DNA of 64,000 bases, taken from contig NC_068984.1 of the NCBI RefSeq assembly GCF_001194135.2, positions 93,202,743 through 93,266,742 of the forward strand. The letters are read 5' to 3'. The translations under genes were made by a program, and so were the position numbers. Positions 1 to 11,348 of the stretch are shown in pieces. A model generated the notes under the pieces. It was not told the origin of the DNA. It saw nothing but the letters and a program-made list of their open reading frames with translations, and made no database searches. Within the stretch, counting starts at the first letter, position 1; every line of letters starts with the position of its first letter. Source of the DNA: Octopus bimaculoides (taxonomy: Eukaryota).

Positions 1-218
1 CATTTCGAGCGTGGCCGTTTTCGTGCGGGTGACACGTAAAAGCACCCACTACACTCTGAGTGGTTGGCGTTAGGAAGGGCATCCAGCTGTAGAAACTCTG
101 CCAAATTAGATTGGAGCCTGGTGTTGCCATCCGGTTTCACCAGTCCTCAGTCAAATCGTCCAACCCATGCTAGCATGGAAAGCGGACGTTAAACGATGAT
201 GATGATGATGATGATGAT
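1..218 (+). mobile_element. 3' tail of an RTE-family LINE/SINE-like repeat ending in (GAT)n, young copy
   Basis: Near-identical to copies at 33160-33360 and 35905-36080 (minus); ends aaagcggacgttaaac(gat)n; retains CpGs. Confidence 0.85.
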
Positions 219-446
219 TGTGAGAGGACATGGTGCTAGATGAAGAAGAGAACCATCTACATTCCTGATAGCTGTATAGAATGTTAATCAGCATATTCTT
301 CAAGATCTTCTCAGAACAAATAATGCTGCGGAAGCAGGGTTTAAAATGACTTTTTTTTAAATACATTTTTCCACAGTATTTTACTTGAATCCTATCGATA
401 AAATTCTCAATGATTATTTTATTTTCGACGAAAAGACGTGGACAAA

Positions 447-471
447 ATGACAGATGAAAAGTCAGATCACG
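447..471 (+). CDS. DMTF1: DMTF1 coding exon 1 (MTDEKSDH); exon probably starts at 377 with 5' UTR
   Basis: Acceptor tttttccacag ends at 376; in-frame TGA at 411-413 upstream of ATG 447; donor G|gtaaac at 472, phase 1. Confidence 0.7.
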
Positions 472-2967
472 GTAAACATTTTTGTTTATTTCTGATATTC
501 TTGTTTATTTTTTTATATTTAGACCAGTCCATTGAAAATGGTGATGTTGGCAAATCTGACACCACTTTACATGATGGTAACAATCAGAGTGATGTTTTAA
601 AGGAAGATATGAAAGTGTTAACTGGAGACTCTGGTTTAAATCCTGGACAGCATTATTTAATTGTCTCCAAAGATACAGCAGGTAAGTTGTTTTACTAATA
701 CCAGTAAACTTGTGCCTTCGTTTCTTTTGTATCACAAAAGATCACAGACGTGCAGGTTGATAGAACATGCATGCACATACACAGATATGCCAGGCTTTCT
801 GATATATTTCAGTCTTTCTGTGTTGAGTATGAAATATACATTGTTTCATTAATGATAAGCCATGTAAGTAAAAAAATGCAAATTAAACTATTTACTGGTA
901 AATGGTATATGGCCTTGCTCAATATGTAGGAAAGGATTTCGAAGAAATTCCATTCACTGCACCCAGTGTAAACTATGGACACATAGGAGGTGCAGTGGAA
1001 TCCCAGGTAGATTAACAGATAAAGTCGTCTTTGTATGTGGCAGATATGCAGGAACAATAAGCCTAAGAGCACACAGGACTTAGATTCTCTCAAATGCCCA
1101 GGAGGCTCTTTTGTGGTTGTAGATAGTTTTTGTTACCTAGGTGACCAAATTAGCAATGGTAGAGCATGTGCTGAAAGTATTGTTTCTAGAATAAGAGAAT
1201 AGGGTGGAGGAAGTTCAGAGAGCTATTACCTCTGTTAGCAACAAACAGACTATCTGTGAGTGAAAGGTAGACTGTATGATGCTTGTGTGTGAATGGCCAT
1301 ACTCCATAGTAGTGAGACATGGGCTCTGAATGCAGAAGACATGCATAGACTGGAGAGAAATGAAGGCAGTATGCTCCGTTGGATGTGCAACATCAGTGTG
1401 CATGTATGACAAACTGCAAATGTATTGAGAGAAAAATTGGGCATAAGAGGAATCAAATGTGGCATGCAAGAGAGAAGACTACGTTGGTTTGGACATGTGA
1501 TGTGTATAAATGAGGAGAGCTGCACAAAAAAGTGCCAATCATTGGAGGTGGATGGTACCTGTAGAAGAGTGAGACCCAGGAACACATGGGAGGAAGTGGT
1601 AAGGACTGAACTCAGGATGTTGGGCATCACAGAGGAAATGATAATAGACTGAGATGTCTGGTGATATGAGGTTCTTGAGAAGACCTGCCCATGTCAGTGA
1701 AACAGTTCTAGAAGTGCTGTCTCTTACTATCAAATTGGGTTCTTCTGTGAGAGTGGATACAACTTGGTGATCCAAGCAACAAAAAGAGGTTGAGCAGGTG
1801 GAAAATTACTATTTTGGTACTCATGTCTTTGCATGGGTATGCAAATGGGTACCTTGAGTACTCATTGACTATCACCAATAAGTAGCAGTATTGTGTGATT
1901 GATATCAGGGGACTAACATAGTCAATTGAGAGACGCTCCCATGGTCTAAATGCCTGTATTAACTGATCCATAAGGGGCTTGTGGAAGCAGGGCTTGAGCT
2001 AGTTGCATGTAGAGCAAACAAGTGTTATTTTGTGGATTTTGTTGAGGGAGAATGGCAGATTTTGTACTTTACAGTAGTGATGTAGGCAGGTCACTCCTGG
2101 ATAGCAAAGTTGTTTGTGAAGGGTTACCAGTGTTGTAGGTGTCTCTTGTGGCTGCACATCTTGATAGCACATCTGCTACTTTGTTTTGAGTCTCATGTCT
2201 GAAAGGTCTAAGCGCCAGCATGTAATTTTTACATTTTTGATTTTTTATGTCCCTTGTTTATTGAAGATCATTCCTACTGAGCATTGATTGGTGATGATGC
2301 TGCAGTAAGGGGAAGCATGTATTAGGTGGTGCCATTTGTGGAAATATTCTATGATTGCACAGGCTTCTCTCTTGATGATAGATTGGTGTTTCTGTGCCTT
2401 TGAAAAGGTCCTTGAATAGAAAGCCAGTGGCCTTTCTTGTGATAGCATTCCTCCCAAGGCTAGGTCAGAAGCATCTGTTTTGATGGTTAAGTGGTACTTT
2501 GGGTAATGGAATAGTGAGTATGACATTTACTAATGCAGTCTTGAGGGATGTGATTACTGCTTTTGCTTCTGGCAGTCTGGCTTTGTTGATATTCTCTCTA
2601 ATCCTTGTAAGTAGAATTGTATAGTGGGTGCACTGAGGTATCCACTTCGCATAATATGTTCTCTCAGTGTTGTTTGTGCATCTAGTAGAGTCTGGTACCT
2701 TTTAGGATCGGGTTCTATTGCTGAGGTTATCATGTTCATATTGGATTTTGCCAGTTATGATGCTGTCATCTAGATAGGCAAAGGATTTTTAGACCCATCA
2801 AGCCAAGTTAAATCACAGTCGTGGTAGATACAATGGTACAATGGTACCTGTAACAAGACGTATCACTAAAAAAAATTACAGCTGAATCAAGAAAATATAG
2901 ACCTCAGAACTCTCTACGTTCAATGGAACAGTGAACCACAATGTATTTGGAGTACACGTACCCATGC

Positions 2968-2999
<32 letters not shown>

Positions 3000-5900
3000 G
3001 CTTAGGAGGTTGTTGTGTCCTAGCATATGTGCTGCTTCTTTTAGTTTTTGTATTTTTCAGTGGTGTTCTCTGTCTATTATTTTACCTTCATGCCACAGGG
3101 GAAGGTGGTCTCCATTTTTCCATACATGATCAGCTATACACGATTTATCAATATCTCCTTGTGTCATAGCCTTGCAATGTTCGTCTACCATTATTTTGAT
3201 GGGGCAGAATGTTTCGCCTTTGTATAACCTACCACAGCTGCATGGGATGGAGTACATGCAGTCTTTGGTTATATTCCCTTCTGTTGGTGGTTTTACTCAA
3301 AGGAGATATTTGTGAAGTGTTGTATTAATGTTGAATACTGTCCTGGTGTCATATGGGCCACATATCTTTTGTATCTTTTTGGAGAGGCCTTTGACATAGG
3401 ATAAACAGACTGTGGACAGTTTATTGGTTTTATCCTCTCTTTTCTTCATAATTGGGGTGGATAGTATGTTTTAGGGATAGTTGTTGTTTAATAGATTGTT
3501 ATTGAGCTTCATCATTTCCCCAAGACACCTGATGAAGGCTGGAGGGTATATCAGCTGAAACGTTGTGTTAACAACAAACAAGATGAGGACAAATATCCGT
3601 CAAATGTAAATAAGAAATTATTTTTATTTAATGAAGATTTAATAAAATCTAATCATAAGTAAGTGAAATTATGCTAAATACAACTAAATTGAAAACCTTT
3701 TCCTCCCCTTGGCCATATCAGCAGTTCTGAAAAGTTTTAAGGTGCAAATTTTACATGAGTAGAGACTTTTTTTAACAATTTTTATCCTGTAAGTCACCTG
3801 CGTAAATTACACAAGTGCGCAAATTACATGGGTTTTTTATGGTACACACACATGCAGTATGCAGATTCTGTCAACGAAATTTCACACAATGTATGGCTGA
3901 ATTCCAATTGCCCTAGGTTGAACTCAGAAACCATATGCTTGCAAAATAAACTTCTTAACTCACAATCATGCCTATGTATATTTATTTAAATTATTTATAA
4001 CTTTTCTGTTTAGAAAAATATCTGTTTATATGCTTAAGCTTTCATATTACTTGTGCTTCTATTTAACTTTCTTCCATAACTGTTGTTATACATTCTGTGA
4101 AGTTGTAATTTATTCATATATTTACTTCTGCTGATTTCAGCAGCTCTTGGAGTTGGTATTCTTGAAGAAGATACTCCAACAGAACCAGGATCTAAAAGGA
4201 TAAGGCTCTCGGGAGAGGATGGACAAACCTTTATTTTTACTATTAGCGGTAAGTGAAAGAAACCTCACATTTTTTAAAAATGAATATTATAGAAGAAATA
4301 CAATGACATATTTAATTAAATCCTAAAGTATTTCCCTTGATTAAAAGAAAAAAAACTATTTTTATGTCAAACCTATCTTGTGTTACTATATATGCATATA
4401 TATTTGGTCTGATCAATAAGTATCCAGACTGTTGCTATAGTAACAAAGCTAAAGCACGGAGAGTGAAGCCACTTGGCAAAGATTGACCTTGAACTCTGCT
4501 GTGCATGTGCCTTAAGTTTTAATGTTCTAGCTCACTTTCGCTGTTTACAGCAGTACTTGGAAGGAAGGTGTATAATGTGTGATCATCGCATTGACCATGA
4601 CAGAAAGTTGAGCAGAGAATCTGCATCAAATATTGACAAAAGCTTGGCAATACCTACTCAGAGGTCTATGCAAAATTTACAGAAAGTTTTTATCATTCTC
4701 AATACAATCAAGGAGATCTTGTGCAATTGAAACTCAAATGTCTTTTTGGTCAGCTGAAAGCAGTTTTGGCACAAACTTGGCAGGCCCAAATCTCATACCC
4801 AAATCTTCAGCAATAATGGACAGAATTGAACCATAACCAATCTGCACACCCTCTGATAGTGATTCAACGGATTCAACTGATGGTGATTCAATGAGACGAT
4901 TTCCCCTCACAGCTTCAGACACATCTGCAACGTTTTTCTCAGTTCAGCTGGTTGTGTGTCTCCCAGAACATTTGTCAATATCAACATTTTTTGGGCCATC
5001 TATCTTAGAAATGTCTGAACCACTCGTACACTTGTGTGTGGCTCATACACTCCTCTCCAAACACTTCCTACAACTGCCTCAGAGCAGGTATCGCCATGGC
5101 AACTTTCTCTGTCATGGTCAATGCGATGATCACACACTACATGCCTTCTTTCAAAGCACTGCTGTAAACAGCGGAAGTGAGCTAGGATGTTAAAACTTAG
5201 TGTGCATACTCAGCAGAATTCAAGGTTAATCATACCAAGCAGCTTGTCTGCATGATTTAGCTTCATTACTGTGGCAACAGTCCAAATACTTATTAATCAG
5301 TCCTCATATATGGTATTAACAGTGTGTTAAAATCTTACACTTACCTGTTTAATATAATAGATTGCTTAATGTACACATACACTCACGCATGCTCACACAT
5401 TGTTGGCATCATAAGAATATCAAACTTTCAAGAGAATGTGCAATTATTGTTTGTTTTTTTCTTAAAATTGGATCTCTAAGTGCATAAAGATATAAATAAT
5501 AGCATAGTGACCTTTGACGTTTTCTGTCGAAAATGGTTTTGCAACCCAATATTTACATACTGTTATTCATAGCTTTATGTGATATATGTGAAGATCCAAT
5601 ATTCAAATATATATTGCATGCCAATAATATAGTTAATAATCCAGGGCACAATGATGGTTTATTGCACTCTTCACTACCTTCAGGCGTTGACGATTCAGCA
5701 CTTAGGAATGATTATCCAGGAGAAAAAGTGAACCCTGTTAAATATACAGGGATTGATGAGACCCTGAAATTTAGTTGTAATTCAGAATCCCAAATGTAAA
5801 GTCGACCTCGGTGGCATTTGAGCTTAGATCATAAAGACAGACAAAATACTGCAAAGCTCTGCTTAAGAAAAAAACATAGTTTATAAATGTGTAGTTAAAG

Positions 5901-8900
5901 GAGAGAATAATTTGTTTAGGGAGTATATCAGGAGCACTACTAATTTTAAAAGGAGATATAGGGCCCACATGAGCTCATTTTCGAATGCCAAATACTCTAA
6001 TTCTACCATGTTGGCATCCTATATTCATGATTTGAAGATGAGGAATATGAGCTACATTATTGAATGGACAGTCCTGTCCAAAGCCCCCACATACACACAC
6101 ACACTTTAATGCTAATTTAAGCAAATGTAGGTTATGCTTAAGAGAATTGTACTTGATTCTTAAATGTTTGGGGCCAAAACTCCTTAATAAATTCTTTGAT
6201 GTCGTCCCTTTTTGCAATCATAGGTTTTTCTCAACCTTTTTGAGTATATGCAAAAATAAAAATAAGGGTAAAATTAAAATGAGATGTTTCTGAAGACTGA
6301 AGTTGAGTAGGACCTGCAGCAAATTCTTTCTCTTAATTTAATCATTAATTTTTGAAATTGACAATGGACTAATCCTCACTGATTACTTTGTCATTGAACA
6401 CTATATTTTTTTTACCTCCCTACACCATTTTAGAATCATTTGACAACCAGAAATGTGAAACTTTTGTAAATAAAGAAATGCCAGAGCTACGGGGCTCTTT
6501 ATACAGGGATGATGCCTTATTCATCATCCCTGGTAACAATAAATCAACCATTGAGAGAATAAGAAAGAAAATTAGGAAATTCTTTAGAAGTTTCAACCTA
6601 AATATTACATATGAATATGGTACTAAGATTGTAAATTTTTTAGACACTACTCTAAACAGAGACACTAGATTGTACTACCCCTATAGAAAAGAGAATGAGG
6701 TTACAAGATATGTAAATAGATTATCTAATCACCCCCGAATGTATTAAAATCAATAGTAAAAGTATTTCTGAGAGAATTACTAAGTTATCTTCTAATATTG
6801 ATATTTTTAATTCCAATTCATACCACTACAATGTTGCTTTGTCTAAAGCAGGATATTGACCAGAAAATTTCTTTCCTCAGCTCTGGTAGGCCAACTCTTT
6901 TTGATGGAGATAATAATAATGATATTAGTAATAGTAAGCCTAATAACTTAACTAGTAGTAATGAAAGACTAAATGAAAAACAACCCTACATACCTAATAT
7001 TTTAAGTAATAAGAAAAATAATAGAGTACATTTTGATAGGAGACTACATACTAATACTAGCAGAAAACCTAGGTTAGATAAAAGTAATGGCAATGTAAAT
7101 GATACAGTTACTCTACAAAATAATAGGGATTCCACAAATGCTCACTCACACAATAAATTTAAAAGTAAAAATCCTGTCTGGCTTAATATCCCTTTCAACT
7201 GTATGGTATCCACGAATATTTACAAAAAATTTATGGATATTTTACAAAAAAATTTTTCCTTCTTCCCACAGATATAGTAGAATCTTTTCATGTCATACAG
7301 TCCGAATCTCTTTCCTCTACCCTCTCTAATATAGGTACAATCATAGCTAGGTTAAATAGAAAAAAACAGAAGATTAGCTAGAATCATTGAAAATAAGAAT
7401 GATGGAAATAGTTATAGGAATATAAATAATAATTTAACCAATGTCAATAATAATATTACTAATAATTATAGAAATAGAAGTAAAAATAACAATGACAATA
7501 GCAATTATGAAGGTAACAGCAATGTCCTTAGCCCTGTCAACCAAAACTTAAACCAACAAAATGAATATAGTAGTATTGATGTTGAAAGTATAATTGAAGT
7601 AAATGGTGGTTTCAACTCTAATGATAATAATGTGAATTATGGATATAGTTCATATATGGAAATAGACAATATTAGTATGCCTGATGCTGCAGGAATAATT
7701 CTATCTGATAGCACGTTAGAAATGGAGTTAGATGGTAATAGAGGTTATCATAATAAACCTGATAACAGAATTAATAATAGGGGAAATAATATCAATGTGA
7801 ATAATTGTAACAACAATAATTTAAATCTTAGTAATAATATAGGTGTTGTTGATAGTTCTACTAGTTGCAATTGTAGAAATAAGTCCCGTTGTCTGTTGTC
7901 TCACCAGAAACGTAGTATATAAATGCACAATAAGTACTATAACTGATAATTATATTTACTTGGGATGTACGATTAATTTGAGACAGCGCATATATAACCA
8001 TTTGTCATCTTTTAGACTTAAGCATAAGGCAAATTGTACGTCGTTATCAAATAAAATTTGGGAATTAAAGGAAAGTGGTACTAGTTTTTAGCCTTAAATG
8101 GGAAATTATAAGAAAAGCCCAACCGTATAGAAATAGCAGATATGGATGTGAACTATGTTCCATGGAAACATATGAAATTTTAAAACTTAGAAACAATTCT
8201 AACCTGATTAATAACAGATTAGACCTTAGAGTATTGTGTGTACACTGTTCCACTTGCACTTTTAAATATTTTAAAAAGTAGCAAACTTATATAGTGTGGT
8301 ATTTTAACATCTACCATGTTTATCTTAGGCTATTAATTAGCACATATTTAAATTGAAATTGAACCTTTATGATATATTTNNNNNNNNNNAGAATGTTTTG
8401 AAAGTTCTTAATAGTTTTTAATTAGTTTTCAAACCTTGTAAATTTTATTTAATGCCTGACCCTAAAAGATCCTTATTATTCCATGGCTTGTAGTGGTATG
8501 GTTACTGTTATTCCATGGTTGACTTAAATAAATCTAATCCTTGTTCCATTATCATTCTGCACTTGGCCCATGTTAGTTAACACAAGTTCCTGATCATTTA
8601 AACTAGTACACAACTATCATGTTCTCTATTAATTGTTTGAAGTGTATTCTTTGTTAATTCCAAGCATTCATTTTATTAGTTTCTTAAACCTTGATGAGCC
8701 CATTATTATAAACTATGTAAATCTTATATATTAATTGTTTAAATTAGTTATAAAATAAATTCTATCTCTTATATGTCCTTTAAATGATATTAGATATATA
8801 AGTTTTAATTTTCACCATTATAATTCTATGTTAATTCCTATCATTCACTTTACTAGTTTCTTAAACCTTAATGAGTTTATCCACGTATATTTACAAAAAA

Positions 8901-11315
8901 TTTATGAATATTTTACAAAAAAATTTCCCTTCTTCCCACAGATATAGTAGAGTTTTTTCTTGTCATACAGTCCGAATTTCTTCTTCTACCCTCCCTAATG
9001 TAGGTACAATCATAGCTAGGTTAAACAGAAAGAACATTAGGTTAGCTAGAATCAATGAAGTTAGGAATAGTGGATATAGTTATATGAATATAAATAATAA
9101 TCTAACAAATGCCAATAGTAATATTGCTAATAATTATATAAATAAAAGTAGAAATAACAGTGACAGTAATATGCTTAGTCCTGTCAACCACAATTTTAAC
9201 CAACAAATAGAATGTAGCAGTATTGATGTCGAGAGTATAATTGAATTAGATGGTGGGCTCAACTCTAATGAAAATAATGTGAATTATGGATCTAGTTCAT
9301 ATATAGAAACAGACAATATCAATATGCCAAATGTTGGGGGAATAATTCTAACTGATAGCACATTAGAAAACGAGTTAAATAGTAATGGAAATGATCAAAA
9401 TATACCTAATAGTAGAATTGATAATGGGATAAATAATATTTATGTAAATAATTGTAACAGCAATAATGGAGATATTATTAATAATATAGGTGTGGTTGAT
9501 AGCTCCACTAGGTGCAACTTCAGAAATAAGTCCCATTGTCCGTTATTAGGCCAATGTCGCACCTGTAACGTAGTTTACAAATGCATAGTGAAGTATGATA
9601 ACTGAGAATTATATTTACGTAGGATCTAGCATTATACTGAAACAGAAAATATATAGCCATAGGTCTTCTTTTAGACTAAAACATAAGGCAAATAGTACAT
9701 CATTAGCTAATAAAATTTGGGAGTTAAAGGATAATGGTATTAGTTTTAGCCTTAAATGGGAAATTATAAGAAAAGCCCAACCTTATAGAAATAGTAGATA
9801 TGGATGTGAATTATGTTCTATGGAAACATATGAAATTTTTTAACTTAGAAATAATCCTAACCTAATTAATAATAGATTAGACCTTAGTGTATTGTGTTTA
9901 CACTGCTTTACTCGCACTTTTAAATTTTTTAAAAAGTAGTTAAAATTATAAAGATGTGATATTTCAACATCTATCATATTCATCTTGGGCTATTAATTAG
10001 CCACATATTTAAATTTGAAATTGTACATTTATAACATATATTTCTGATCTCTCACCTCAACATACAATTTTCTTGTGGTAACTAAGATTTCAACTTTATC
10101 CATGGATGGTATATTTTTTCACACCACTTCTGCTACTGCTGTTAGTACTTAGTATGTATCTTACTTATTTTTACCCTATGTAGCTTATAAGAATAGAAGG
10201 TTTTGTAAGTTCTTATTGTTTTTAATTAGTTCTCAAACCTTGAAAAATTTTACTCACTACACAAGGAACAAAAATATCACAAAAAGTCCCAGTGCATTTT
10301 CAACTTCTTTTTGTATCTGTGTGGAATAAAATAACTTTGTTTTACACACACACACACACACACACAGATACATATTGTTTTACTCTGTAACAAGCTCTGT
10401 CTTGAATTTGAGTGCTAATTACATTTTCTGCTTTTCAAAGAACCTAATTCCAGTGCTCCAGTGGATCAAAAAGCTGCTGAAATTACTATGGTTCGTATAA
10501 TCTAACTTAATTTCTCAATTTCAATTTTGTAAATATAATAATGTATGTGTGTCTATAAATATATATGTCTCTGTATGCAGTCAATTTGTTCAAGTTTGCT
10601 TTGTATTCAAGAAATCCCAGATTCTATCTTGTTACATAGCAAATGGGATTTTTTTTTTTTTTTTTTTGCCCTTGGCTGTGTCAGCCCAAGGCTTATGAGT
10701 GAAATTGAGGAGATGAAAGCTGTGCCAAGTGGGCCAGTCAAATTAGATGTACTGTAATTCAATCGTATAACTTTATCATGCATAAATCATACTGATTCTG
10801 CCTAAGGATTATGTTAAAGATACACATTTATGAACTACTCAGCTACTTGCATTCTAATTTATTTAGTATGTAATTCACTTGATCAAACACTTAAATTCAC
10901 ATGGAAAAAATAATGGAAATCCATCATCATCATTTTAATGTCTATTTTTCAATATTTGCATGGGTCAGATGAGGCATCACTAAGGCTGAATTTTCTAAAA
11001 CCAGATACCCTTCTTATCATCAATCCTTATCCATTTCCAAACAAGCTAATAATTCCTTAGTCTCTCAGACAACCAATACTCCAGGCATATTTTTGCAGAG
11101 GTCTGTAAATAATCATCATATGTATGAATAGTGGGCAACATTTATGTTTATAATCAATACATGTTAACATGAAAGGAATATGTACTCAGTGACATACATA
11201 CATATATATATAAACACATACAACAATGTTCGGTTTCATTCTACCAAACTGCTCTCACATGCTATTGGTTTGCTCAAGTAGAATGCATTGAGACAGCATC
11301 TATTAAGTGGATATA

Positions 11316-11348
<33 letters not shown>

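Noticed and set aside
5533-5799. 88-aa ORF upstream of the Penelope stack
   Set aside because: No recognisable motif or splice context; it is probably TE-derived or a chance ORF.
6290-6330. Possible hammerhead (CTGAAGA...CAG CAAA) just after the first Penelope GIY-YIG
   Set aside because: The position is as expected, but GAAA is broken and no convincing stem I can be drawn. At best it is a decayed relic.
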